Positions 1-15,589 of a stretch of DNA of 64,000 bases are shown piece after piece. This DNA is from Octopus vulgaris. Lineage: Eukaryota. Position numbers and translations under genes: made by a program. Where the stretch lies: positions 19,654,001-19,718,000 of the forward strand of contig OX597814.1 of the NCBI GenBank assembly GCA_951406725.2, written 5' to 3'. The notes beneath the pieces are model-generated. The model saw only the letters and a list, made by a program, of their open reading frames with translations. It was not told the DNA's origin and did no database searches. Position 1 is the first letter of the stretch. Every line of letters starts with the position of its first letter.

Positions 1-23
1 TCATTTCGTCTTGTGCCCTCTAA

Positions 24-229
24 CTCTTTTACTCTTTTGCTTGTTTCAGTCATTTGACTGCGGCCATGCTGGAGCACCGCCTTAGTCGAGGAAATCGATC
101 CCAGGACTTATTCTTTGTAAGCCTAGCACATATTCTATCGGTCTCTGTTGCCGAACCGCTAAGTTACGGGGACGTAAACACACCAGTTGTCAAACGATGT
201 TGGGGAGACAAACACAGACTCACAAACAT

Positions 230-282
<53 letters not shown>

Positions 283-460
283 TATACATATATATACGAC
301 GGGCTTCTTTCAATTTCCGTCTATCAAACCCACTCACAAGGCTTTGGTCGGCTCGAGGCTATAGTAGACGACGCTTGCCCAAGGTGCCACGCAGTGTGAC
401 TGAGCCCAGAACCATGTGGCTGGTAAGCAAGCTACTTACCATACAGCCACTCCTACGCCT
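24..460 (-). mobile_element. tRNA-derived SINE, family A, with internal (CA)n/(TA)n microsatellite
   Basis: Minus strand begins AGGCGTAGGAGTGGCTGTATGGTAAG (A-box-like), has a B-box-like GGCTCAGTCAC and ends in a (GAGTAAAA)n tail; near-identical copies at 6535, 18788 and 47040. Confidence 0.85.
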
Positions 461-668
461 GGCAATGTTTTTTTCGTCTTACGACCTCTAACTAATGAAA
501 GAACATGAAGCACTGGTTATTTAATTTGCGTCACACGGGTAGAAGCAATTTAACTCGTCTTCCAGATTGGATCGAATGTAGGATTGGTTACAGTATGGGT
601 TTCTCAATGTATTTTCTTCATACATATGCCTTTTGTGTGGTTTCGGAATTTAATACATTTATAATAAC

Positions 669-1803
669 ATGGACCATATATTTACTCTAACGCAACTGCT
701 TGAGCGAGCAAATGAGTACAAGCTGCCTCTTTGCGTTGCGTTTGTAGACTATGAGAAGGCCTTCGATACCGTCGAAACCAACGCAGCGCTGAACTCGCTG
801 CAGAGGCAAGGAGTCGAAGCGCAATATGTGCAGCTGCTCAGGGAGGCAAATTCCGGATGTACCACCGACATAGCTCTACTGTTATCACCCATACGAGTGC
901 CGGTCGACAAGGGAGTGAAGCAAGGAGATACAATCTCCCCAAAACTTTTCACCGCATGTCTCGAACAGATCATCAGAGGCATCGACTGGCAAGGCGGTGT
1001 CAACATCAATGGCGAGCTCCTCACCCACCTCCGTTTCGCTGATGACATCGTACTCATCGCTGAAAACACGGATCAGCTTCAGACCATGCTGACGGAGCTC
1101 GAAATCAAAAGCTCTGCAGTAGGTCTCAAGATGAACCGCATGAAAACAAAGTTCATGCGGTCAGACAACGTACTAACAGGTCGAATGGTGATCGGCAGTG
1201 ATGAAATAGAGGAGGTAAGGGAATATGTCTACTTGGGACAGGAAGTGAATATGTGCCGAGATATCGAAAAGGAGATCTCACGGAGAGTAAGGGCCGGATG
1301 GAAGGCGTTTAATGGCATAAGGGAAGGTTGGACAGGATCACCCGCGCCAACCTCATTAACAGTACAGTTCTACCTGCAATGTTATATGGAAATGAAACAT
1401 GGGCTACCACAAAGAGAGAAGAGCAGAGACTGGTAACGGATCAAAGAGCCATGGAAAGGTCAAAGCTTCATATCTCGTTGAGAGAGCACATCAGTAGCGA
1501 GATCATCAGAAAGAAGTCCGGCGTGAGAGATGTCATCGCAAAGTATACACGCAGCAAGTATAGATGGGCTGGACACGTCGCCCGGCTCACCGATAATCGG
1601 TGGACCCACGCTGTTGTCGAGTGGTACTCGCGCGAGCGGAAAAGACCACCCGGAAGACCTCCTCGACGGTGGAGTTACGATTTCAGGAGGACGATTGGGA
1701 TCACGTGGATGAGAAAGGCGCGATCCAGAGAGAAGTAGACAGCGTGCTGTGACCAGTGGTATCAAATAGACGCCTGACGGACTGGTCGGTCAAGGCGAAG
1801 GTG
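669..1803 (+). mobile_element. 5'-truncated RTE-clade LINE (RT and C-terminus, one frameshift near 1328)
   Basis: FVDYEKAFD, KGVKQGDTISPKLF, LRFADD, YVYLG, RWAGHVAR and RPPGRPPRRW motifs; candidate 10-bp TSD ATAATAACAT at 661-670 and 1804-1813. Confidence 0.92.
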
Positions 1804-1835
1804 ATAATAACATAATTGTCATTGTAATAAACATG

Positions 1836-2050
1836 GCAGTGTTGAAATAGGACGAATGTTGCTGTAATTTAGCCCCAGGAGACATCATCTCCAGCTGGCT
1901 ATACGACACGATCTGTGTCCTTATATTTTCGAACAAGGACACAGATCGTGTCGTATAACCAGCTGGAGACAATGTCTCATGGGACTAATTTGCAGCAACA
2001 TTCGTCCTAAACCAGCACTGCTACGTTATGTTGGCAAACAATCTTTACTA
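1836..2050. repeat. Fold-back inverted repeat (~87-bp arms, 12-nt loop) derived from a PLE pLTR-like family
   Basis: 1836-1922 pairs with 1935-2021; the right arm and its extension are similar to 53950-54070, downstream of the HHR at 53856. Confidence 0.75.
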
Positions 2051-2210
2051 CAAAGTACTGTTGCTGAATATCTCACGTTGTGAGATTTAAAAACAGTAAT
2101 TTTCTACTCATTGTCATTGTTGGGCTCTCATTCGATCACATAAATTAATATTTGCATCAACACGCACTTTGGTTAGCTATAAGTTACACAAACATCAGAG
2201 CGGGGCGCCA

Positions 2211-2309
2211 ATGCAGCAGGTTGGCGTCATTTAAAGGCTAAAACAATGCAAGAACGCATTGTGACCAGCGATGTGGAACAGCATCTGAAAGTCTGGTCGA
2301 TCATGTGAT

Positions 2310-2310
<1 letters not shown>
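2211..2310 (+). mobile_element. 3' tail fragment of family B SINE (RTE-like tail)
   Basis: GGCGTCATTTAAAGGCTAAAAC...TGTGACCAGCGATGTG...CTGGTCG matches 14770-14860. Confidence 0.7.
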
Positions 2311-2369
<59 letters not shown>

Positions 2370-2384
2370 GCATGTATGTACATT

Positions 2385-2594
2385 CAAACATATAAGGCAT
2401 GGCCATAATAGGACATCCGACTCACTAAAAAGAGCAGCTACACTCCAAACCACTAATAGTTGTAATTCTGAAATGGAAAGAGAAATAAAAACGTTTACCC
2501 TCTCCATTCTGGACTATGCATAGTTTCGGCAATCTTTTGTAAATAAATTAATTTATTTTAATGTATTTACCACTGGCGTTGCCAGTGGTAAATA
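2385..2594 (-). mobile_element. 5'-truncated PLE pLTR with the 3' half of a hammerhead and an inverted 5' end
   Basis: Minus strand GGCAA...TTGCC-GAAAC-TATGCATA-GTC (palindromic stem III, GUC site); the CUGANGA core is replaced by a 14-bp fold-back (2564-2594); flanked by (TA)-rich tracts. Confidence 0.65.
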
Positions 2595-2648
2595 ATATAT
2601 ATAAATATATATAAATATATAAATATATATATACATATATAAATATAA

Positions 2649-2698
<50 letters not shown>

Positions 2699-2725
2699 GG
2701 AATTTACAAAAAAAAACATATATAA

Positions 2726-2758
<33 letters not shown>

Positions 2759-2879
2759 TATGTGTTTATGTATACCATTGCCTTATAAATGTACGAGTAT
2801 GAATACAAATGTGTGTATTGATTTGCAAGCAAAAATTTTATACACTAAAAATGGGAAAACAGACACACACATACACACA

Positions 2880-2984
2880 AACAGGCAGACAGACAGATAT
2901 ACAGATGATAGACAGACAGACAGACAAGCAGACAGACAGACAGACAGACATACAGACAGACAGACATACAGACAGACAGATAGT

Positions 2985-3081
<97 letters not shown>
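2880..3081. repeat. (CAGA)n/(TAGA)n microsatellite
   Basis: Direct reading. Confidence 0.95.
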
Positions 3082-3389
3082 GGAACAGAATTGGGCAAAA
3101 ATGACTTATCTTGATAACAAGAAAAGAGCACCCACTTGAAACTAAAATCGAATACTGAATGGGTGACAGGGTCAAAAGTGAAGGAGAAATACAAGAATAC
3201 GTTTAAAATAACACTGAAGTAATACCGAGCGGAATGGTGGCGGTTTGGGGTTTGGGGTGTGTTGTTGGAATTTATTGAAAGAAGGGATTGCGGCAAAAAG
3301 AAATCGAGTGAAGACAAGGGAGAAATGAAGTGGCGGTTGATGGTTACTTACTTCAAGATGAAGGATCGTAAGCTGTCTGGGAGGTATGC

Positions 3390-3790
3390 GCATGTGTATA
3401 TATGCATATATATGTGTGTGTGTGTGTGTATGTGTGTGTGTTTGTGTGTGTGTGCTTGTGTGTGTATGTAAGTATATATGTATATATGTATGTGCACATA
3501 TATATATGTATATATATATATGTGTATATATATATATGTATATATATAGATGTCTTTATATATTTCATATATGCGTATGTATCTATGTATGTACTACGTA
3601 CGTACATACATACATACATGCATGCATACATACATAGATACATACATACAAACATACATACATACATACATACATACATACATACATACATACATACATA
3701 CAAACATGCATACATACATACAAACATACATACATACATACATACATACATACATACTTACACATGTATGTATGTATGTATGTATGTATG
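3390..3790. repeat. Compound (TG)n/(TA)n/(TACA)n microsatellite
   Basis: Direct reading. Confidence 0.9.
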
Positions 3791-4178
3791 AGTGTGTATG
3801 GAGACGGTTCTTTGCGTATGGTTATTAGGAAATGCGAAGCGTGAAAGACACAAAGAAGGAAAGTGAAGGAAATAAAGCACGAAGAAAGAGAGGAAGGAAG
3901 GAAGGAAGGAAGGAAGGAAAGGAAAGGAAAGGAAGGGCGTAAAATAATATAACAAGAGAAGGGTAAAATAAAAAATTAACGAAGATAATGGGAAATGTGA
4001 ATGATTGACAAATGAAATTGAAAAATAACTTGCTGAAAAGAAAATGAGTTGCTTAAGGGAATGTGAAATAGAGAGAACTTATATTGTTGTACGGTGATAA
4101 TGGCTGATTACAAGGAAGAAGATCGATATATGAAAAAGGTAATACAGTCAGACTGACAAACAGGCACACAGACACATA

Positions 4179-4179
4179 A

Positions 4180-4220
<41 letters not shown>

Positions 4221-4292
4221 CAGATAGATAGACAGATAGATAGACAGATAGATAGACAGACAGATAGATAGATAGATAGATAGATAGGTAGG

Positions 4293-4383
<91 letters not shown>
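4179..4383. repeat. (TAGA)n microsatellite
   Basis: Direct reading. Confidence 0.95.
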
Positions 4384-4384
<1 letters not shown>

Positions 4385-4870
4385 GTGATTGATTGACTTC
4401 TATATAGATGCACAACAAACATGCATAGACGTGTCACATTTCGAAGGTTATGTATTTGTAATTAAAAATAAAAGGGCAAGAGATAGTTAGAAAACGCCCG
4501 ATGAACAAGACTCTTAAATTTCCCAAGACTAGTAAGGCTTTTAAACCCCAAGATACGAACGAAAAATGTCAACTGCATCACGTTTCTATTAAAAATACAA
4601 TACGTGTGTGTAATTAAGCAGTTACCGAAAAGGTTATCAATACATCACCTTCTGATGTGACAGGAGCTTTTTTACTAACAATACACATCATCCGTAAAGG
4701 AAAAAAAAACGGACTGGTTCAGAATTAAAAACAAAATACTATTGATATCATTAGTCTGTTACCAATTTGAGCTATCCGACTGTGGACATGCTAGTGCCAT
4801 GCCATCTATATATACCGTTCCATTTCGGTATTTGTTGAACAAGGAAGAATAATGTTTTTTCCCTCGTAAT

Positions 4871-5050
4871 AGGCGCAGGCATATTGTGTGGCAAGAAGCT
4901 TGCTTCCAGCCACACGATTCTACGTCCAGTCCCACTGCATGGCAACTACAATAGCTTCGTTTGGTAGACGGAAACTAAAAGAAGCCCTTCGTATGTATAT
5001 GTATATATATATATATGTAAATATGTGTGTGTGTATGTGTGTGTGCGCGT
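4871..5050 (+). mobile_element. Degenerate partial family A SINE
   Basis: AGGCGCAGG...TGTGTGGCAAGAAGCTTGCTT head and TTTGGTAGACGGAAACT body. Confidence 0.7.
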
Positions 5051-5075
5051 ACGCGTCCTTCACTGTCGCTAGACC

Positions 5076-5324
5076 ACTGAAATATGCGCAGTCTACGGTG
5101 ATGTTTCTTTATCCGAAAGAACTATACGGCAATGATTCGCAAGGTTCGGAGTTGGAGATTGTAGCCTTATTGATAAAGCAGGATCAGGCAGACCATCCAC
5201 TACAGATGATGACCAAATCAAGTCATTAATTGAGAATAACCCACATTGCACAACCCGAGAATTGGCAGAATGCCTCAACCTATCAAAATCCGTCGTTCAT
5301 GAGCACCTGGTAAAGCTTGGATAA
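5076..5324 (+). pseudogene. mariner transposase N-terminal HTH fragment
   Basis: Manual translation TEICAVYGDVSLSERTIRQ*FARF...SGRPSTTDDDQIKSLIENNPHCTTRELAECLNLSKSVVHEHLVKLG, typical of Mos1-like HTH domains. Confidence 0.8.
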
Positions 5325-5357
5325 TGGCATGTATTCATTGACCTTTTTCTTTCCTCT

Positions 5358-5506
5358 TTACGGGGGACGTAAACAAGCGATGTTGGGGGGACAATCACAA
5401 ACACACAAACCTATACACACACATACACATATATATACAAGTATACAACGGGCTTCTTTCAGTTTCCGTCTACCAAATCCACTCACAAGGCTTTGGTCGG
5501 CCCGGA

Positions 5507-5507
<1 letters not shown>
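5358..5507 (-). mobile_element. Internal fragment of family A SINE
   Basis: Matches 165-355 and 47190-47392. Confidence 0.8.
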
Positions 5508-6155
<648 letters not shown>

Positions 6156-6534
6156 TCGAAAATAGATGTTTTTCGAAATACTTGCAAGATAAACTAGATT
6201 GCTGTTTTTGGCTGATATTTTCTTTTGTCTTTTTCTTCTGCGATTACAGTTCCAATAGGACACACACACCGGAGTGATTACAGTTGATAGCAATAGTTTA
6301 ATTAATTAATTAATTAATCAGTTTGTTAGTTAGTTCAGGTAATTAATTTGTGTTTTATATTCCCTTGTCGGTTAATCTTGTGTTGTTACAGCATCTAATT
6401 AGCAGGTGAAGGTAAACAGACTAAACAGGTTTTGGCTTCAAATGAAACAACGATGGCCGAATATAAAGTAGGAGGAATGGTAGAATTGGAGGAGCATGAA
6501 TCATAGTTCCTTAGATAAGTTTCTTTCCATTCTG

Positions 6535-6956
6535 AGGCGCTGGAGTGGCTGTGTGGTAAGTAGCTTGCTTACCAACCACATGGTTCTGGGTTCATTCCCA
6601 CTGAGTGGCACCTTGGACAAGTGTCTTCTACTATAGCCGTGAGCCGACCAAAGCCTTGTGAATGGATTTGGTAGACGGAAACTGAAAGAATCCCGTCGTA
6701 TATGTGTATATATATGTATATGTATGTGTGTGTATATATGTTTGTATGTCTGTGTTTGTCCTCCCAACATCGCTTGACAACCGATGGTCGTGTGTTTATG
6801 TCCCCGTAACCTAGCGGTTCGGCAAAAAGAGACCGATAGAATAAGTACTAAACTTCCGAAGAATAAGTCCTGGGGTCATTTTGCTCGACTAAAGGCGGTG
6901 CTCCAGCATGGCCCCAGTCACATGACTGAAACAAATAAAAGAGTAGAAGAGTAAAA
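6535..6956 (+). mobile_element. Full-length family A tRNA-SINE
   Basis: A box TGGCTGTGTGG, B box GGTTCATTCCC, CCTTGGACAAG core and GAGTAAAA-type tail. Confidence 0.88.
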
Positions 6957-7017
6957 TCCCATTCGAGTACGACTTTGTCATTCTTTCGAAGTACATAAAA
7001 TAAAGTACAGTCAAATC

Positions 7018-7048
<31 letters not shown>

Positions 7049-7205
7049 CTAGTTTCAGCTCATGAGCTGTGGCCATGCTGGGGCACCGCCATTTGGTGTT
7101 GCTACATGGTTTTACTTCACGAATGCTTTTTAGCAACTGCCATTTGGTGCATGAGAGAGTAGTGATCATTGTATCATTGTAGTGATATTATTAATTTTCT
7201 TTCTA

Positions 7206-7365
7206 AGGCGGCGAACTGGGAGGAGTGTTACCAGGTAAGATGCCTGGCAGCATTTCGTCCGTCTTTACGTTCCGAGTTTAAATTCCGCCGAGGTCGAATT
7301 TGTCTTTTATTCTTTCGGGCTCGAATTAAATAAATATGTACCAATTAAATAAATAAGTACCAATT
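7206..7365 (+). mobile_element. Family C SINE (Nin-domain-like), degenerate
   Basis: GGCGGCGAACTGG head and CCGAGGTCGAATTTGTCTTTTATTCTTTCGGG body shared with 48344 and 52728. Confidence 0.7.
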
Positions 7366-7548
7366 GAAACTAACACAGCTCATACTTCTGTTTTTTAATT
7401 CACAGTCCTATTCTATACCAAGACAGGAATTTTATGTATATTATCCATGTAAATGTATGGATTGTTGGTAAAAAAATTTTAAGATATATTCTGTAGTATG
7501 GTATAGGATGTCTGTGTGTATGTGCATGTGCGTGTGTGTATGGGCTGT

Positions 7549-7795
7549 AGAAGACCGGACGGTATACCAATTTTCCCGTTCCGTGGCGGTAGGCTCTTCA
7601 TCTGGGATGTCACACCTTCTCCAGCGGCAACTTGGTGTTGTCAGCTACCAACCCAGGGTCCGATACACATCAGGCTGACAAAACAAGCTGTCTAAATATC
7701 GGTTGCTCTCCTACAAGTTTATGGTCAAGCCTGTGGCAGTTGAGTCCTCCGCCGTCCTTGGCCCCCGAACCATAACCCTGCTCACCGGTACTCGG
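7549..7795 (+). pseudogene. Restriction-like endonuclease fragment of a CRE-type non-LTR retrotransposon
   Basis: Translation across frameshifts: RRPDGIPIFPFRGGRLFIWDVT...SATNPG...KLSKY...FMVKPVAVESSAVLGP (RPDG...WDVT...K..KY...PVAVE pattern). Confidence 0.7.
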
Positions 7796-7883
7796 AATAT
7801 AAAGATTAACCTAAGTTTAAGAAAGAAGTTCGTTCACTCAGGCAGTTTACTACTGTTCTATTATGCCTTTTTTTTTGACAGTA

Positions 7884-7978
7884 CAAGTCCTGATTATCTA
7901 TTTTTTGCATAAGTCATTACAGCAAATAATTTTCAATAGAATAACTTTATGCACCTTTTGAAACAGCTGTAGTGCTTG
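7884..7978 (+). ncRNA. Degenerate type I hammerhead ribozyme
   Basis: CAAGTC-CTGATTA-[TGCATAAG...CTTTATGCA]-GAAAC-AGCT-GTA-GTGCTTG; G8 is mutated and the base of stem II is eroded. Confidence 0.45.
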
Positions 7979-8000
7979 ACTAATTTTTCCATTCCTTCTA

Positions 8001-10345
<2,345 letters not shown>

Positions 10346-10387
10346 TGGGGAAAATGCCTTTGAGTGTGTGGTGCAGACTTTTGGAAA

Positions 10388-10934
10388 TCTCTTATTATAA
10401 AAGGCAGATTTTATCTGCCTCCCTTTGTAACTTATAGAAATCTACAATATAGGATTTCTTCAATTACAATTTACCTAGCATTTTTAAGAGTAGAATGCAT
10501 CGGGTCATGCCAGGTCCAGTTTTTAAAATTTAAACTCCAATTAAGCAAAATTTACAGAAAACTCACATTCTGGTGTGTATGTCAAATGCTTTTCTTAATG
10601 TGGTTTACACCACACGCACACGCACACACACAGTGTGCAACGAATAAAATGAAAGTAAATAGCGACAGAGTGATTTGAGGAAGACTAAACTGAAAGTATT
10701 TAAACCACTACTCAAAAAATAAAAAAACACAGCAAACAGAAACAAATAAATACATAACGATTTACTCCTCACACAATTTCTTCAATTAGAGTTTACCTAA
10801 CATTTTTCAAAGTACTCCATTCGGTCATGCCATAATATATTTCTTTCAATTTCACCCCCAATTAAGACAAAATTCGAGAAAACTCAATATTTTAACATTT
10901 CACTCCGAAAGCATTGATGTACATGTGTGCGTGC

Positions 10935-10997
<63 letters not shown>

Positions 10998-12088
10998 GAT
11001 GGGTTGTGCGACACAGAAAGTGTGGTGTGTAAGTGAAGTGCTTTTGTTAGTGTGTGTAAAGAGACAGACAGAGTGAAAGACAGAAATAACTGAACTTTTT
11101 TTATTCACTTTTTGTAGTGAGTGACTGAGAGAGAAAAGAGAGAGAGAGGTTATGTATGTATATATGTATGTATGGCTTCAGTGACACACACACACACAAA
11201 AACACATACCTACGTACACCTAAAGCACGCACACACACACACACACAAGCGGAGCGCGAACTTCAAAATTTTGGTAGTATTAATTTGCGAGCGTACTTCT
11301 AAGCGCGCGTAATTGAAAGTTTTCACTATGATATCATCACGTGCGAAAAAATTCGAAGGGTTTTGAACAATTGAGATACAGATGTCACGCCTGTATGGAA
11401 ACCATTGCTAAGCTGCCGTAATTGCTTAATTAAGACTTTGTTTAAATTGAAAGGGGCAAATATGTGACGAGGTTGAAAAAAAATACCCCAGAAAAAAAAA
11501 TGTACTGCTGGTATTTATATAATTCACTACTATTTTGCTACAATGTCATGAAAAAGAAAAAATTTAGGTATGTAAATCGAATTCGCCACCCCCTTTTCCC
11601 CGTTCGCGTTTGTGTAAAAAAAATTATTATTTAAGTTTTAAAAATTATTTACTTTGTTCAAAAAATATTAATATTAATTAATTTTCAAGAATTATTTAAT
11701 TTTATTCTGTAAAATAGTAATTAATTCATTTATCTGTAAATCCGCGAGGTTGTTACTCAGGCACCTAGAATGGTAACCTTCAACTAACACTATCTCCTCC
11801 GAGACCCTGCGGCGCAAGTTGACCAAAATTGAGAGTATGGTAGAAGAAGGGTTGCTCTTCCTTCCGTAGAACATAAAATTCAAATCGGACCATGTTAACA
11901 CCAAAAATTATTTACATCAAAAAGATGCTTTTTTCTATGAAAATCCCTATTTTTTACGATTTTTCACTGCTGTGTCGCCACTTTTCGGTGTATTTCGACC
12001 AGAAAAATGTTCACAAAATTTTTACTTTTCAAAATTACAATTCCAGCGGGTCGAAACAAACCCGAGCAACGCCGGGCGATACTGCTAG
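10388..12088 (+). mobile_element. Non-autonomous Helitron (~1.7 kb)
   Basis: A|TCTCTTATTATAAAA 5' end; 3' hairpin CCCGAGCAACGCCGGG then CTAG|T; diverged internal duplication at 10453-10570 and 10776-10892. Confidence 0.75.
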
Positions 12089-12107
12089 TGTGTAATATTT
12101 TGATGTG

Positions 12108-12173
<66 letters not shown>

Positions 12174-12182
12174 ATCATCCTA

Positions 12183-12245
<63 letters not shown>

Positions 12246-12734
12246 AATAGAATTTACTTATGAAGAAAATGGTATAGCAATTTGATAAATCTACGCGTGT
12301 TGAGATTAAAATGATACAATTAGAAATCGCTGGCACATTGAAATATATTTAACAGCTAGTAGAACTCTTTCGCAGTAATATTAATCAACGTTTAGCAGCT
12401 TAGCTTAGTGAGACCTGATACAGCTGGTTGCCTGCTGAAAGCGCAGTTATTCTATTATGTTTGCGTCCTGCAGGTGTTTGACAAATGTCATCATCTATTA
12501 GAACGATCGTAGATAATAGTGAGGACTTTTGGCAGTGTGTAGTGGCTCTTTTGTCAGGAAATACGTGATGGAATGACCAGGATAGCAAGTCTATCAACGC
12601 CGGATTCGTCTTCGGGAGCTGTGGGGTGTGTGTTGCGAAGTGGGGCGGTTGTTGTGATGTGGTTGAGTTTGATTGGAATGGAATGTGGTGGTTTAATATG
12701 GAGCGGTCTGATCTAGTATGATGCATTGGTAGAT

Positions 12735-13110
12735 TGGCGGTGGTGGTGGTGGTGGTGGTTGTGGTGGTACTCGTAGCCATGGTGATGCTGGTGATACTAG
12801 TAGTACACGTGGTGGTGGCGGTGCTGGTGATGATGATCGCGGTTGTGATAGTGGCGGTGGTGGCAGTAGCAGTAGGGGTGGCGGTAGTGGTAAAAGTGGT
12901 GGTGGTGGTGGTCGTGGTGGTCGTCGTCGTCGTCGTAGTAGTAGTAGTAGTGGTCGTGGTGGTCGTGGTCGTGGTCGTGGTCGTGGTGGTCGTGGTGGTC
13001 GTGGTGGTGGTCGTGGTGGTGGTCGTGGTGGTGGTGGTGGTGGTGGTGGTGGTGGTGGTGGTGGTGATGGTGGTGGTGGAGTGATAGTGGTGGTGGAGGT
13101 GGTGCTGGTT
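12735..13110. repeat. (GGT/GTC/GTA)n trinucleotide low-complexity tract
   Basis: Direct reading. Confidence 0.9.
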
Positions 13111-13785
13111 GTGGCAGCGGCGAAGGTGATGTAGGTGTAGAATGCCACATGACATGCTACGTACTATATAGCAACAGGAAAATAATGTGGCACAGGAGCT
13201 TCTGTGTGTATAGGATGTAGTACATACCCCATGTATGCAGTATATGATGTTGTGTGATGCACTACAGTTTAAAGTGTTACGGAATAGTGTTTCATGCATG
13301 CAGGGTAGAATCTATAGCCAGAATCATCTCATAAACAGATCTATAAATCTAACGTTGTTGTATTCTTTTTTTTTTTTTCTCTCTTCTGATCTGATTTTTG
13401 CCTTTCATATAACAGATATATTTACTTCAGACTAGATATATATCATCATTTTTTTTTTCCTATAACAGTATAAATATTTATTTCTTACAACAGATATGAC
13501 ATCTAATTTTTTAGTAGGTTTTTTTTCATATTACAGTAAATATAATTATTTCTCGCGACAGATACGACATAATTTTCTTATAATATCAAAAATATTTAAT
13601 CTTCACAGTAGATATGTTTGGATTTTTTTTTACCTTATAACAGCAAATATATTTCTTTGTTACTGAAAATTCATAGTAAAAATATATGGCGTTCGTAGTA
13701 AAAAAAAACATGGCGTTCTTTTCCCTTTCAAATCTCTGTCAGTTTACAAAACTTTATTTAACTTTAGGAAGATAAAAGAAGATAG

Positions 13786-14010
13786 CCAGATACAGCTGTC
13801 TGGTTAAGAACCTCGCTTTGCAACCATATAGTTCCGTAGTGAGTCCCACTGTGCAGCAGCTTTGGTAAATGTCTTCTACGATAGCTTCGGGCCGAATGCC
13901 TTGTGGGTGAATTTGGGAGACGGAAAGTATGTGGAAGCCAATCGTATGCGTGTGTGTGGAGACGTGTTTGAGTATGCATGTGTGTTCTGCCCTCCTACCG
14001 TCAACATCCT
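13786..14010 (+). mobile_element. Old family A SINE
   Basis: Diverged head and AAATGTCTTCTACGATAGC...GCCTTGTGGGTGAATTTGGGAGACGGAAA body. Confidence 0.65.
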
Positions 14011-14568
14011 GAGAACCCAGCAAGCATTGCGGCACCAGATTGACACACACACACCTCAAAAAAACCTACACGTATACCAACCCTACGTAAATATCAACCT
14101 TACATAAACACCACCTTCCCTAATTATATTTTCACCAGACTCCTTACAGCATCTCAAATACTATGACATACCTCTTTGTAAATCCTTTGCAGAATTCGCA
14201 TCTCACGACTTTGTTTCGTCTTTTCGTCACAGCTCCCACAAAGCAGATATAATATTTTTTACCTCCAAAAACAGATAACATTCGCCCAATTTTTTCCATA
14301 CGTACCGTCTCTGAAGAGTACATGATGTTACTTAATCATGCTGTTATCTAATGTCCAGTATGAGACCGATTGGTAAGATCGGTTGAAATGGATTTGGGCA
14401 GAGGCAGGCAGAATCTTTGCTTGCCCTTACAAATATGTTATCCATGGAGCAAATACTGAGAGATCTACATGAAGTGGGACCTTGACCTTCTGCTGTCTAC
14501 ATTCATTCACACATATGCGTGCATATATATGTGTGTGTGTGTGTGTGTGTGTATGTATATATATATAT

Positions 14569-14878
14569 ATGGCCCAGTGGTTAGGGCAGCGGACTCGCAG
14601 TTGTAGGATCGCGGTTTCGATTCCCAGACCAGGCGTTGTGAGTGTTTATTGAGCGAAAACACCTAAAGCTCCACGATGCTCCGGCAGGGATGGTGGCGAT
14701 CCCTGCTGTACTCTTTCGCCGCAACTTTCTCTCACTCTTTCTTCTGTTGTCCTGCTCGCTTAGCCAGCGGGGTGGCGTCATTTGAAGGCTAAAACACTGC
14801 GAAGCGCATTGTGACCAGCGATGTGTGGCAACATCTGATAGCCTGGTCGGTCACGGTAATCCCGGTGATCACGGTGAT
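14569..14878 (+). mobile_element. Family B tRNA(Arg)-like SINE with RTE-derived 3' tail
   Basis: TGGCCCAGTGG A box, GTTTCGATTCC B-box-like motif; tail TGTGACCAG...CTGGTCGGTCA resembles the RTE 3' end at 1745-1795. Confidence 0.85.
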
Positions 14879-14885
14879 ATATATA

Positions 14886-14965
14886 TAGGGAGAATTCACA
14901 CAAAAAACAAAAGATGAAGACAGGTGGTGTAGACAACAAACAGATGTATTAGTATAACGCTCAGA
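14886..14965 (-). mobile_element. 3' end of a PLE pLTR-like repeat
   Basis: Reverse complement of 16250-16326; abuts (TA)n. Confidence 0.6.
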
Positions 14966-15451
14966 AATAAATAACTGAACGCTATTAATATTGTTTGAAA
15001 AAACGTTATATGATATAACGTCAGAGGTAGCCTATAGAAAGAGGAGGGGTAAATTAAAGAAAATCTAAATAAATGAGAAGTATATATATATATATGTGTG
15101 TGTATATCTGCTGTCACGGGATCTAAAAAATAAGACATTTTGCATTTTGAGTTTGTCAATGGGGAATATTTAGTATGCATATTTATACTTACATTACAAA
15201 CATATATGTATAACTTCTTACTTACAAAAGGACAATCATACAAACACACATATTTCCCCTCTGTATAGAGAGAATGAAAAACTTACTATTTACAATCGTC
15301 ATAGAATGACGGCGTAGAACTGCAGCATCATCCAACCATCCATCCATTCATCTAACCATCCATCCATCCATCCATCCCTCCATCCATCTATTCATGCATC
15401 CATCTATCCATTTATACATGCACGTACACCTTACATACATAAACACACACA

Positions 15452-15549
<98 letters not shown>

Positions 15550-15589
15550 ATATAAGGTCATTGTATCTGAAGTCAATTCCAACAGAATC

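Noticed and set aside
12400-13299. 299-aa Thr-rich ORF
   Set aside because: Openness is explained by trinucleotide repeats; no domain or splice support
14306-14366. GTCT-CTGAAGA-G...CATG hairpin...GAGAC
   Set aside because: GAAAC and stem III are absent; at best an unrecognisable relic
14997-15027. GAAAAAAC-GTTATA-TGA-TATAAC-GTC hairpin as a half hammerhead
   Set aside because: Extra As, no upstream core or stem I, and ambiguous orientation
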